Notes: generated from the sequence alone by a model not told the origin. Counted from the stretch's first letter, positions 20,694 through 30,286 are shown. The stretch is DNA of 64,000 nt from Desulfobacterales bacterium (GCA_049366795.1 JBMNCP010000062.1:6201-70200), one strand, 5' to 3'. Made by a program: numbers and translations.

Positions 20694-22610
20694 ATGAGCC
20701 TTCGGAATGTTCATCCGTCCAAGCTGGTTTCGGCCGGCAAGGCGGTGTCGATGGTCAAGCGGGGCAGCCGGGTCTTTCTGGGGACCGGCTGTGGAGAACC
20801 CCAGGAATTGATTCGGGCGATGGTGGCGGATCCTCATATGCAGGACATCATGATTTACCAGATGCTGTCCTCGACGCTGGCCAAGTATGTGGACGATGCC
20901 TCGTTTCTGGCCCGTTTCCAGATCAAGCTCTTTTTCATCAGCAAGGCCATGCGGAAGGCGGCGTTCGAGGGAAAAATCGACTATATCCCCGCATACCTTT
21001 CTCAGATTCCTAGGCTTTTCTCCAGCCAGCGCATCGGTCTCGACGCCGCCTTGATCCAGGTGAGCCCACCCGATCAGTTCGGATATTGCAGCCTCGGTGT
21101 ATCGGTGGATATCACACGATCCGCGATGGAAAACGCCAAGCTCGTGATTGCGCAGGTCAATTCCAGGATGCCCCGTACCTGGGGGGACAGTTTCGTTCAT
21201 ATCGACGAAATCGATTATTTCGTCGTCCACGACGAGCCGCTGGTGGAAATGCAGATGGTCGGCAAGGACAACCAGATTGCCCTGCGCATCGGCCATTTCG
21301 TTTCCCAGCTGGTGGAGGACGGGGCAACGCTTCAAATCGGATTCGGGTATCTGCCGAATGTGATCCTCAAATATCTCGATCGGAAAAAGGACCTGGGGAT
21401 CCACACCCAGCTCATCACCGACGGCCTTCTTCCTCTTTTTGAAAAAGGCGTGATCACCAACAAGAAGAAGAGCCTGTTGCCGGGCCGCGTCGTGGCATCC
21501 CTGTGCATGGGAACCGATCAGCTCTACCGGTTCGTGGACAACAATCCGGCCTTTTATTTCCGATCATCGGAATTCGTCAACGATCCCACGCAGATTGCGC
21601 GCAACGACCATCTGATATCGATCAGCTCGGCATTGGAGGTGGACCTGACAGGGCAGGTCTGTTCGGACTCCATGGGTCACCATTTTTACAGCGGGATCGG
21701 TGACCAGGTGGATTTTCTCAGGGGCAGCGCCATGTCGAAGGGCGGCTTCTCCATCATCGCCCTCCCGTCCACCGCCCAGAACGACCGGGTATCGCGGATC
21801 GTTCCGCATCTGTCCGAGGGGGCGGGGGTCGCCACCACCCGCGCCGACGTGAATTTCATCGTCACGGAATACGGCATCGCGGAGCTCCAGGGCAAGGGAA
21901 TATACCAGCGCGTGATGGAACTTGCCCAGATCGCCCATCCGAAATTCAGGGTGCAGCTGATCGAGGCGGCCAAGAAGCGGCACTACATTTTTCCCGATCA
22001 ACTGCCGCCTTCACAGGAAGATCTTTTATTTTTGGAGGGTTACAAAAACACCTTGATTCTTCGAAACGGCAAGGCCGTGGATTTCAGACCCCTTTTGCCG
22101 TCCGATGAATTCGCCTATCGAAATTTCTTTTATTCCCTTCAAGAAAAAACCATTTATTACCGATTCTTTTACAAGATGAAGCTGTTTTCCCACGAGGTGG
22201 TCCAGAAACAATGGGCCAGCGTGGACTATCGCAAAAACATGTCCATCATCGGCCTGGTTCAGAAGGGCGGGCACCAGGAAATCGTGGCCATCGGAACCTA
22301 TGCACAGGAAACCGAGGAGCGGGCCGAGGTCGCCTTCGTGGTCAGGGAAGATTATCAGAACATGGGCATCGCCTCCTACCTGCTGAAGACCCTGGAGGAA
22401 ATTGCCAGAGAGAACGACTACCGGTATTTTTCGGCATCGGTGCTGAGAGAGAATTCTTCGATGGTGAGAGTGTTCAAGAAAAGATATCCCAAGGCCAGCG
22501 TAACCACCGGGGATGGCGCAGATTTGACGATCCTCATGGACTTTGAGGACGCAGTCGATTCAACGACGGAGAAAATGTCGAACGAGAACGGCGCCGATGC
22601 CGCCGAATGA
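20694..22610 (+). CDS. Acetyl-CoA hydrolase/transferase family domain fused to a GNAT N-acetyltransferase domain
   Basis: The N-terminal ~430 aa (VFLGTGCGEPQELIRAM...SALEVDLTGQV...GIGDQVDF) is acetyl-CoA hydrolase/transferase-like. The C-terminal ~180 aa (VVREDYQNMGIASYLL) is GNAT-like. Start MSLRNVH at 20694. Confidence 0.8.
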   Translation: MSLRNVHPSKLVSAGKAVSMVKRGSRVFLGTGCGEPQELIRAMVADPHMQDIMIYQMLSSTLAKYVDDASFLARFQIKLFFISKAMRKAAFEGKIDYIPAYLSQIPRLFSSQRIGLDAALIQVSPPDQFGYCSLGVSVDITRSAMENAKLVIAQVNSRMPRTWGDSFVHIDEIDYFVVHDEPLVEMQMVGKDNQIALRIGHFVSQLVEDGATLQIGFGYLPNVILKYLDRKKDLGIHTQLITDGLLPLFEKGVITNKKKSLLPGRVVASLCMGTDQLYRFVDNNPAFYFRSSEFVNDPTQIARNDHLISISSALEVDLTGQVCSDSMGHHFYSGIGDQVDFLRGSAMSKGGFSIIALPSTAQNDRVSRIVPHLSEGAGVATTRADVNFIVTEYGIAELQGKGIYQRVMELAQIAHPKFRVQLIEAAKKRHYIFPDQLPPSQEDLLFLEGYKNTLILRNGKAVDFRPLLPSDEFAYRNFFYSLQEKTIYYRFFYKMKLFSHEVVQKQWASVDYRKNMSIIGLVQKGGHQEIVAIGTYAQETEERAEVAFVVREDYQNMGIASYLLKTLEEIARENDYRYFSASVLRENSSMVRVFKKRYPKASVTTGDGADLTILMDFEDAVDSTTEKMSNENGADAAE

Positions 22611-22862
22611 ACGGAACGGGGTGGGGGTTCCCGTCCCAGCGTTGTTGCGAATGTCGATATTTCGGTTGATAACCTTGGAAATTTTCTGATAATCGTTCAG
22701 GCTTGCCGGTTGAAACCGTGAAGCTCCCAAGGGCCGACGGATTGCCGCAGGGGATCCCCGAAGTGCAATATGCCATCGAGCGCCTCCTATCGGACGATTC
22801 ACCCGTTATCAAACGAATGCCCGGATTCAGGGCCAAGATCATCAAATAGGGAGGATGGGCTA

Positions 22863-23264
22863 TTGTCTTACGCACTGGGTCAAAAACAGCTGGATGGCAT
22901 CGATGAGATTCTCAAGAACGATCTCGTCGATATCGGTGTGCACTGTGTTTTCCTGATCGATATGTCCGGAAACATCATCGCCAGCTTGGACGACGGGGAG
23001 AACAAGCACGATATCTATTCTCTTGCCGCCCTGGCTGCCGGGAATTTCGGTGCGGTGAGCGCCATGGCCAAAATCGTGGGCGAAGGAGAATTTTCTCTTT
23101 TATTCCATAAGGGAAAGAAGGAGAACATTCACTTCAGCAAAGTCCTGTCCGAATTCCTGCTGATCACCCTCTTCGGAAACGAGATATCGCTAGGATTTCT
23201 CAGACTGAAAGTGGCCGAGGCTGTTGAAAGAATCAACAAGATTCTCGAACCGATCCAGGGGTAG
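22863..23264 (+). CDS. mglB: Roadblock/LC7 protein, MglB-like
   Basis: 134-aa ORF from TTG 22863, 5 nt downstream of the AGGGAGGA RBS. Roadblock pattern (VHCVFLIDMSGNIIAS...LAAGNFGAVSAM...LLITLF). Immediately upstream of the MglA-like GTPase. Confidence 0.75.
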   Translation: MSYALGQKQLDGIDEILKNDLVDIGVHCVFLIDMSGNIIASLDDGENKHDIYSLAALAAGNFGAVSAMAKIVGEGEFSLLFHKGKKENIHFSKVLSEFLLITLFGNEISLGFLRLKVAEAVERINKILEPIQG

Positions 23265-23325
23265 TCAGCTGACGGACGGTGAGGCGGATCTTTCACCAAT
23301 CCACGTTTAAGACCAGGTGATTTTC

Positions 23326-23931
23326 ATGGCATTCGTCAATCTCAAGAAGAAGGAAGTTCAAGTCAAGATTGTTTATTACGGGCCTGGAAGAGGGGGAAAG
23401 ACGACCAACCTGGAATATATCTACAAAAAGTTCAATGACCGTATCCAGACGGAAATGGTGACCGTCAAGACCCACGGTGATCGTACCCTCTTTTTTGACT
23501 TTCTCCCGTTCGATATCGGCAAGATCAACGGCTATACCGCCAAAATCCAGCTTTATACCGTTCCCGGTCAGGTCAAGTACAATGCGACCCGGCGTCTGGT
23601 GCTGCGCGGGGCGGACGGCATCGTGTTCGTCGCGGATTCCATGGCGGTCCGAAGAGAGAAAAACATCCTCTCCCTGAAGAATCTTCACGAGAATCTGAAA
23701 AACTACAAGAAGAGTATTTTTTCGGTCCCGCTGGTGTTTCAGTACAACAAGATCGATCTGGCCGAGCAGGGAATACCGATTCTGCCGTCGTCTACCATTG
23801 AAAAAGATCTCAACAGCCAGCTGAAAAAGCCCTCCTTCGAGGCAAGCGCCGTGGTAGGGACCAATGTGGTCGCGACGCTAAAGAAAATCATCATGATGAC
23901 GATGGCATCGATTAAGGACGAACTCAAGTAG
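23326..23931 (+). CDS. mglA: MglA-like Ras-superfamily small GTPase
   Basis: KIVYYGPGRGGKTTNL (P-loop), DRTLFFDFLP (switch I with Arg-Thr), LYTVPGQV (switch II Gln), YNKIDL (NKxD). Close match to my recollection of Myxococcus MglA. Confidence 0.88.
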   Translation: MAFVNLKKKEVQVKIVYYGPGRGGKTTNLEYIYKKFNDRIQTEMVTVKTHGDRTLFFDFLPFDIGKINGYTAKIQLYTVPGQVKYNATRRLVLRGADGIVFVADSMAVRREKNILSLKNLHENLKNYKKSIFSVPLVFQYNKIDLAEQGIPILPSSTIEKDLNSQLKKPSFEASAVVGTNVVATLKKIIMMTMASIKDELK

Positions 23932-23942
23932 GAGGTGAGCCG

Positions 23943-24683
23943 TTGGCCGACGAGGGTAAGGCAAAAACCGTTGACACCGAAGTCAAGAGCCGACTGGATG
24001 TCCTCTTCCCGGACGAACTGCCGGTGGGGTCGGCCGATAGCGGAATGAATTCACTGAAAGGTCTGGACCCGCTCGAAGAGCTGCGAAACCTGGTCATGTC
24101 CATCGAGTGGGAAATCACGGACGAGGTGATGGCCCGGTTCGTGGATCAGATCGAAGCGCTCAAGGCAAAATACGGCAAGGACAGAATTCTCGTCATGTTT
24201 CTCCAGCTCCTGGGATCGCTCGGGTTGTATGTCCGATCCTACAAGGCCAAGGCCCACCCGAGTTCCTTCAGGTTGATTCATTCGGTCTACTCCGGGTTCG
24301 ACAAGGTCATGAGCTCTGATCATCTGGACGCCTCCGAAAAGAAAAAACTCCTTTATGTGGAACTCAACAAGTACAAAGAGCTAAAGGAGCAGATCGACCA
24401 GGCGAAAACCCATTCCATGAAGGATCGAAAAGAGGTCATGCCGAACGACGTTCGGGCGGCGAAGGAAGGACCGGTCGGCGAGGAGACGGTCCCCGGCGTG
24501 GCAGCCTTCGAGCCGAAGGCGGTGACGGAAACACCATCGCCCGGCAAAACATCCGAATACGGAAGTGCGGATATTCAGAAGGTGGTCGATGCGATCGAAG
24601 ATATGAAAATTTCCTTCAAAAAGGAGCTTGAAGAGATCCGCAAGGAAATTCAAAAGCTCCGGAAGATTGAGTCGTCATCCTGA
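23943..24683 (+). CDS. Hypothetical acidic/coiled-coil protein of the mglA cluster
   Basis: 246-aa ORF (TTG start) 12 nt after mglA. No recognisable domain. Lys/Glu-rich helical C-terminus. Confidence 0.6.
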   Translation: MADEGKAKTVDTEVKSRLDVLFPDELPVGSADSGMNSLKGLDPLEELRNLVMSIEWEITDEVMARFVDQIEALKAKYGKDRILVMFLQLLGSLGLYVRSYKAKAHPSSFRLIHSVYSGFDKVMSSDHLDASEKKKLLYVELNKYKELKEQIDQAKTHSMKDRKEVMPNDVRAAKEGPVGEETVPGVAAFEPKAVTETPSPGKTSEYGSADIQKVVDAIEDMKISFKKELEEIRKEIQKLRKIESSS

Positions 24684-24747
24684 AAACGTTTCGACGGATC
24701 ATCGCGCTGATGCCGCATTCGCGGAAACGGCGCCCCGGGAGGTGGTG

Positions 24748-25221
24748 ATGGTTTTGGGTTCGGGTGATATTTCGCGAATGGTTTTCAAGCCGGTCGTGAG
24801 GGGAGACCTCGGCAACTTTTCCCTTGACGGGCACAGTTTGAGTCTACTGATGGCGCTCGACGGCAAGAAGAGCCTGGGAACCATTGCTCAGAAAACCGGG
24901 TTCAGCCCCGAGGAAATCGGCAGCATCGCCAATCGCTTGATTCAACTCAAACTGATCGAGCAGGTGCAGCAGCAGACGGTTGCGGCTGCCGATGCCGATT
25001 TTTTCAAACGCCTGACAGACGAACTTTCCCTGGCCATCGGGCCGCTGGCGGAGGTGCTGATCGAGGACGGAGTCGAGGATTTGGGTCATTCCCTCAAGGC
25101 CTTTCCAGCTCATCGCGTCGCGGATCTGGTTCAACTTCTCGCCGAGGAGATCCAGAGAGACGAAAAACGGACGGCGTTCACCCAAAAAATGCTGCAGATC
25201 ATTCAGAAAAAGGGCTACTGA
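24748..25221 (+). CDS. Hypothetical protein (possible winged-helix N-terminus)
   Basis: ATG 24748 preceded by GGGAGGTGG. 157 aa. No confident domain call. Confidence 0.55.
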   Translation: MVLGSGDISRMVFKPVVRGDLGNFSLDGHSLSLLMALDGKKSLGTIAQKTGFSPEEIGSIANRLIQLKLIEQVQQQTVAAADADFFKRLTDELSLAIGPLAEVLIEDGVEDLGHSLKAFPAHRVADLVQLLAEEIQRDEKRTAFTQKMLQIIQKKGY

Positions 25222-25331
25222 TTCGAATCCGTCCGGTCGGGCGGCGGGGAGTGCCCGATCATCGGCGGCCGACCAGCTGTAGCGGAACAACTTATTGCGG
25301 AATTTCTATCTGACGACAAAGGAGCTTCGCC

Positions 25332-26729
25332 ATGATCGTTCAATGTGACAACTGCGGGAAAAAATACCGGGTGGAACCCGATAAGATAAAAGGCCGGGAG
25401 GCCCGATTCAAGTGCAAGTCCTGCAACCAGTTGGTAACCGTTCTGAAGCCCGCCCCGGAACCCGAACTGGAATTTGCCCTCCTTGAAGAATCCGAAGCCG
25501 GGGTCGGCATCGTAACGTCGAGTCCGCCATCCGAGCCGAATCCGGGTTTCACATTTCCCGAGGCCGACCTCTCCGCCGAACTGGAAACCGTGACGGCCGA
25601 ACCCGAGGTGATAAGTGTCGACGAGCCGTCGAAAAACAAGGCCGAGGCCCCGGTCCGGAAAAAGGGCATCGGGCTGACCGGAAAAGTGATTCTTCTGATG
25701 CTCCTGGTGAGCCTCGTTCCACTGGGTGTTTTCTCCTTCATCACCATTCAGCAGGTCCAGGATCGGATTGTCCACAATCAGGAACAGTTGGGCGCCCAGG
25801 TGACCGAAGGTCTCACTGCCCAGGTGGATGAGTGGATCGACAAGAACCTGCGGGTGCTCAAAGCCCTGGCGGACATGCCGGCCATCCAGAGTATGAACCG
25901 GCTCAGCCAGGAAACGCTGCTCAAAATCGTCCACGATCAGTACCCTTGGATGTACCTCGTCTTTACGACCGACAGCCTGGGAATGAACGTTGCCCGGAAC
26001 GACGGGAACGAACTGACCGATTATTCGGATCGGCAATACGTGAAGGACGTCATATCCGGAAAGGCGGTCGCCTGGCAGACGCTGATCGGCAAGACTTCCA
26101 AAAAGCCGGCGCTGGTGATGGCCGTTCCGATTCAAAGAAATGGCGGTACGGTCGGCGTCATGGCGGCCGCCATGACGATCGATGACATTTCCAAAAGAAT
26201 CGCCAACTGGCGGCAGGGGCAGACCGGTTTCGCCTATCTGGTGGATGAGAAGGGCAAAGTGGTTGCCCACCAGGTGGACGCCTATGTGCAGGAACAGAGA
26301 TCGCTTTCGACCCATCCTCTCATTTCGGCCTTCAGAAACGGCTCCAAGGGGGTGATCGAGTTTACGACCGATGAGGGGCACCAAGCCATCGGTCAGGCCC
26401 GAAACACCGAATACGGGTGGACGCTCGCCATCCAGCAAAGCAAAAGCGAGGCTTTTGCCGCGTTGAGCCGGGCGCGGACCTTTGCATTGACCCTCCTGGC
26501 TCTGACCGTGGTCGTCGTTGTCCTGATCGCCCTGTTTTCCAGCCGAAGCATCGTCAATCCGATCAAGGCGCTGACAGATGCCGCCAACCGAATCAGCGTC
26601 GGGGATCTGGATGTGGAAATCCAGAACCAGTCCAGGGATGAAATCGGAGAACTCGCCGATGCGGTCACACGTATGCAGGACAGCATCCGTCTGTCCATAG
26701 CGAGGCTGCGCCGCAGGCGACGGAAGTGA
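25332..26729 (+). CDS. Zinc-ribbon (MJ0042-type) - Cache - HAMP sensor without output domain
   Basis: N-terminus MIVQCDNCGKKYRV...FKCKSCNQLV (CxxC...CxxC). TM, Cache-like periplasmic region, second TM, then HAMP (IVNPIKALTDAANRISVGDLDVEI...DEIGELADAVTRM). The protein ends about 25 aa after HAMP. Confidence 0.75.
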   Translation: MIVQCDNCGKKYRVEPDKIKGREARFKCKSCNQLVTVLKPAPEPELEFALLEESEAGVGIVTSSPPSEPNPGFTFPEADLSAELETVTAEPEVISVDEPSKNKAEAPVRKKGIGLTGKVILLMLLVSLVPLGVFSFITIQQVQDRIVHNQEQLGAQVTEGLTAQVDEWIDKNLRVLKALADMPAIQSMNRLSQETLLKIVHDQYPWMYLVFTTDSLGMNVARNDGNELTDYSDRQYVKDVISGKAVAWQTLIGKTSKKPALVMAVPIQRNGGTVGVMAAAMTIDDISKRIANWRQGQTGFAYLVDEKGKVVAHQVDAYVQEQRSLSTHPLISAFRNGSKGVIEFTTDEGHQAIGQARNTEYGWTLAIQQSKSEAFAALSRARTFALTLLALTVVVVVLIALFSSRSIVNPIKALTDAANRISVGDLDVEIQNQSRDEIGELADAVTRMQDSIRLSIARLRRRRRK

Positions 26730-26878
26730 AGACCCAAGCCGAGAATCGACTGCATTGACCGCCTGCAAACCGGAGGCTGACGGCTGAAAACCGCATGCCC
26801 CCGGCTGCAGGCGACAGCCTCCCGAGGAATGATCCACTGTCGGGTCGAACACCGTTGAAGGAGTCATAGCGCATTGCC

Positions 26879-27868
26879 ATGATTATCACGCCGAAGGAAA
26901 AGCCGGTCGTCCAGAAACTGAACAGCTATTATATTCGCATTCCAAAACTGATCGAACACTTCCAGGGTGAAATCGGGTCCGGGGTCGTGCATTTTACCTC
27001 TGCGATGGCAGAGGGCATGATTTTCTTCGACAAGGACGAGCTGCTGAACGGCGCTCTCCATGGCAGACAGACTTCCCTCACCGGCTCCGAGGCGGTTCAA
27101 ACGCTGTTGAATGTCGATGAGACTGCCAGTTACAGCTTATCGGTCTACAGCATCAGCCCGGACGAGATCTACTTCTGGTCGAGCATTCCGGATGCCAAGC
27201 TCATTTACAAGGATTTGAGCACCGAATTCACCGATCTGGAAGGTCTCATCAAGAAAATGCGCACCGAGGAGCTCACCGGCGTCATCGAAGTCGTTTTGGG
27301 TGACGGATCGGAAGGAGGGCTGCTTCTGCTCAACAACGGCAGCGTGTTTGGAGGCTCCTATTCCTGGGCCGAGGGCGGACGTTCGGACAGCGGGAACGAC
27401 CAGGAAATTCTTTTACGGAAATCCAAGGCCGTCGGAGGCATATTTCATGTCAGCCGCCTGCCTTCGCGGGGTGGGGCCGACACCGGAACCCGGGGCGAAC
27501 CGGGAGAAACGACCGGAGCTTCGAAGCGCGTGGTGACCTCCCTCGAAGAATTGCTGGGCATACTGGAACGCGTCGCCCAAAGCCGGAAAAGCGTCGCGGG
27601 AGGATTCCAGACCGCCCTCAACCGAAAATTCGTGGAAAAAGCGGACAAATATCTGTTCCTGGATCCTTTCGCCGCGGAATTCAAGTATGCCAACCGCAGC
27701 ATTTCCCTTGCCGCCGATATCTCCGACCCGGAACTGTGGAACGGCGTCGTGGAGTCCGTTGCCGAGCTCGCCGACGAACTGGGGCTGATGAATGTCTTCC
27801 AGGAGAACCTCGTGGGGTGGAAGAAGAAGTATCATAGCGAGCTGTCGATCTTCGGATTCGGAATTTGA
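26879..27868 (+). CDS. Hypothetical protein with two DUF4388-like repeats
   Basis: Two segments fit the DUF4388 pattern: GVVHFTSAMAEGMIFFDKDELLNGA...GSEAVQTLL and GVIEVVLGDGSEGGLLLLNNGSVFGG. Low-stringency call made by eye. Confidence 0.5.
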   Translation: MIITPKEKPVVQKLNSYYIRIPKLIEHFQGEIGSGVVHFTSAMAEGMIFFDKDELLNGALHGRQTSLTGSEAVQTLLNVDETASYSLSVYSISPDEIYFWSSIPDAKLIYKDLSTEFTDLEGLIKKMRTEELTGVIEVVLGDGSEGGLLLLNNGSVFGGSYSWAEGGRSDSGNDQEILLRKSKAVGGIFHVSRLPSRGGADTGTRGEPGETTGASKRVVTSLEELLGILERVAQSRKSVAGGFQTALNRKFVEKADKYLFLDPFAAEFKYANRSISLAADISDPELWNGVVESVAELADELGLMNVFQENLVGWKKKYHSELSIFGFGI

Positions 27869-28869
27869 AAGTGATTGCCAATCTTCCCGAATTTGTCGGC
27901 CAGCTGCCGGCTGCGATCTACCGCGTGACCATGGAAGGGAAGATCATCTACTGCAACAACGCCTACGCCCGGTTGTTCGGATTTGACACGGCTCGGGAAC
28001 TGATCGGCTCTCCGGTCATACGGCTCTATCGCAACAAGACGGATCGCGGCCATCTGTTGCAGGCGCTGCTTCAGAGGGGTTTGGTGATCGATACGCCGAT
28101 GGCCTTTCTCCGGAAGGACGGAATGCCGCTCTGGTGCGCGGTTACCGCCAAGGCGGTTTTGGACGACGACGGCATGGTCGTCTTTCTGGACGGCATGCTG
28201 CGGGATATCACCGGTGAAATCGAAGAGCGAGGACCGGGCCTGCCGGGTTCGACCGGGATGGCTTCCGAGGCCATGGCCACCTTTTTGCTGGATGTTCAGG
28301 GTCGATTCCTCGAAGCGAACGAAGCCGGGCACCGGCTTCTCGGTTCGGCAAAAGGGGAGTTGGACGGCAGGGCGATTACCGACTTTTTCCCTGAATCGGA
28401 TCGAGATCTCTTCCTTTTGATTCTGGGAGATATCCGAAAGATGGGGAGGGAAGAGGTCGTTCTGCGATTGAAAAACCAAAGCGGGGTGAACCGCTTTGCC
28501 GAAATCACGGCCATTTTCGTAAGAACCGAGGGCCGGGCGCACCATGTCAAGGTGCTGGCACGCGATGTCACCGAGCAGATACGACAGGCCGAGGAACGTC
28601 GCAACATCGAAAAATTCCAGGGCGTTCTGGAAATGGCCGGCGCCGTGGCCCACCGGTTCAATCAGCCGCTCACCGTGGTGACCAACGTGATCAACGAACT
28701 GTTGAGCGAAATGACGCCGGCGGACCGGTTTTATGGCAGCATTCAGAAAGCCCAGGACCAGATCAAGAGGCTCAATGAAATTACCACCAAGATCGGCAAT
28801 ATCAAAAAATATGCCGCAACGGATTACGTGGCCGGCGTCAAAATCGTCGACATCGACCAGGCTTCCTGA
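27865..28869 (+). CDS. PAS-PAS-HisKA-like protein lacking an HATPase_c domain
   Basis: Two PAS-like segments (AIYRVTMEGKIIYCNNAYARLFG; FLLDVQGRFLEANEAGHRLLG) followed by the H-box AGAVAHRFNQPLTVV. Only ~70 aa follow, and I see no N/G1/G2 boxes. Start is TTG 27865 or GTG 27871. Confidence 0.7.
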   Translation: MKVIANLPEFVGQLPAAIYRVTMEGKIIYCNNAYARLFGFDTARELIGSPVIRLYRNKTDRGHLLQALLQRGLVIDTPMAFLRKDGMPLWCAVTAKAVLDDDGMVVFLDGMLRDITGEIEERGPGLPGSTGMASEAMATFLLDVQGRFLEANEAGHRLLGSAKGELDGRAITDFFPESDRDLFLLILGDIRKMGREEVVLRLKNQSGVNRFAEITAIFVRTEGRAHHVKVLARDVTEQIRQAEERRNIEKFQGVLEMAGAVAHRFNQPLTVVTNVINELLSEMTPADRFYGSIQKAQDQIKRLNEITTKIGNIKKYAATDYVAGVKIVDIDQAS

Positions 28870-28892
28870 GATGACGCCCGGAGGGAATCGTC

Positions 28893-29930
28893 ATGATTCG
28901 TAAAGTGCTTTTTGTGGATGACGACCAGGAAATGCTCCTGGCGCTCAAAGAAGGGCTTGAAAAGTATGGCGATACCTTTTCCATCCTGCTGGCGCGCGAT
29001 GGGATGGAGGCCGTCGAGAGACTTCGAAAGGAAAACGTATCGCTCGTCGTAACCGATCTCAAGATGCCGCGGATGGACGGTTTCAATCTACTTGCCCACA
29101 TCATGGAGCATGCTCCGGACATTCCGGTGATTATCATTACCGGGTACAGCACGCCCGAAATGAAGCGCCTCGCCAGGGAAGGCGGCGCCGTCGGATACAT
29201 CAGCAAGCCGTTCCTGATCGAGGATCTTGCCCACCTGGTCATCAAGACGATCCGAAAGGAATCGGAAGGCGGAACGCTTCACAGCGTCAGCTCGGGTATG
29301 TTCCTTCAGCTGATGGAAATGGAGGAGAAGACCTGCACCGTCCGACTGGTGGAAAAATCCACCGAACGCGGCGGAGTTCTGTTTTTCCGGAACGGCAAAC
29401 TGCTGGATGCCCGCTGCGGGCAGCTCCAGGGACTGGATGCGGCCTATGAGATCTTTTCATGGGACCAGGTCAATCTTTCCATCAGAAATGACTGCCCCCA
29501 GGTTGAAAATCGGATCAACAGCGACTTGCAGCCCATCATCCTGGAGGCCGCACGCCGAAAGGACGAGCGTGACGCGAACGAGGAGAGGCCGGCGGACACG
29601 ACAGCGCTGCTGGATGTCGAGGCGGTAGAGGAGGAGCCTTCGGCCGAGGCGGGCACGCAGCGACTGAGGGATCTGCTCGTGAAAAAGGTCGGAGAGCATT
29701 GCGGCGTGGAAGACATCAGCAACGATCCGGAATACGACGAACTGAGCTTCAAGCTGACGCTCCTGGGCGGTTTGTTTCAATTCGGTTCCTTGAAGGCCGG
29801 CTACTTCGATCGCGGAGAAAAAACCGACATCATTCTGCTGCCCGGCAACCCGTCCACGATTATATCCGTCAACCCCAAATGCCCGCGGGACAAGATCCTG
29901 CGTGTATTGGCTGAACACAACAGGATTTGA
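28893..29930 (+). CDS. Response regulator receiver domain fused to DUF4388
   Basis: REC: VLFVDDDQ, VVTDLKMPRMDG (acceptor Asp), ISKPF. DUF4388: GTLHSVSSGMFLQLMEMEEKTCTVRL...GVLFFRNGKLLDARCGQLQGLDAAYEIFSW. Confidence 0.85.
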   Translation: MIRKVLFVDDDQEMLLALKEGLEKYGDTFSILLARDGMEAVERLRKENVSLVVTDLKMPRMDGFNLLAHIMEHAPDIPVIIITGYSTPEMKRLAREGGAVGYISKPFLIEDLAHLVIKTIRKESEGGTLHSVSSGMFLQLMEMEEKTCTVRLVEKSTERGGVLFFRNGKLLDARCGQLQGLDAAYEIFSWDQVNLSIRNDCPQVENRINSDLQPIILEAARRKDERDANEERPADTTALLDVEAVEEEPSAEAGTQRLRDLLVKKVGEHCGVEDISNDPEYDELSFKLTLLGGLFQFGSLKAGYFDRGEKTDIILLPGNPSTIISVNPKCPRDKILRVLAEHNRI

Positions 29931-30286
29931 TCACCATGAAAGAGCTCTTCAGCAACCTGCTCAATATGAAGGGTGTCCGCGGCCTGGTGCTGTTTTCAGC
30001 CGAGGGAGAGATCCTTTTCGATGCGTTTCCGGGCGCCGAAGAAGCGGAGGTCCGGAGTTTTGGAAACTGGGAGGCGGTTTCGGCCGCTTTGGCTGGGGTC
30101 AGGGAGGCGGATCTGCTGTTCCAAAACGGCAGGTTTTATATCCGGAGAACGGGAATCGGTATCCTGCTCGTCGTCATCGATCTGTCCCTATCCGTGGCCA
30201 TGGTGAAATTGAACTGTGATATAATTCTGCCGAATTTGAAACAGGTTTCCAGCGGTAAGGGGCTCCGGCGCTTTTTCCGAAAATGA
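29927..30286 (+). CDS. Second roadblock/LC7-like small protein
   Basis: LLNMKGVRGLVLFSAEGEILFDAF...GILLVVIDLSLSVAMVKLN fits the roadblock fold pattern. Overlaps the upstream stop. An alternative ATG lies at 29936. Confidence 0.6.
   Translation: MITMKELFSNLLNMKGVRGLVLFSAEGEILFDAFPGAEEAEVRSFGNWEAVSAALAGVREADLLFQNGRFYIRRTGIGILLVVIDLSLSVAMVKLNCDIILPNLKQVSSGKGLRRFFRK

Noticed and set aside
25221-25245. T-loop-like GATTCGAATCC (also GGTTCGAGG at 14183 and GGGTTCGAAGG at 45944) as hints of tRNA genes
   Set aside because: The flanking bases do not form T-stems, and no acceptor or anticodon arms can be built. I found no tRNA in the window.
25215-26867. 550-aa minus-strand ORF opposite the Cache-HAMP gene. 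Similar cases at 20433..21404(-), 9865..10914(-), 10953..12347(-), 37326..38384(-), 37364..38380(+), 44423..45496(-), 44803..45885(+), 42458..43459(+), 46630..47610(+), 60423..61652(-) and 60536..61393(+).
   Set aside because: All are shadow or alternative-frame ORFs of confidently assigned genes. They have biased composition and no recognisable domains.
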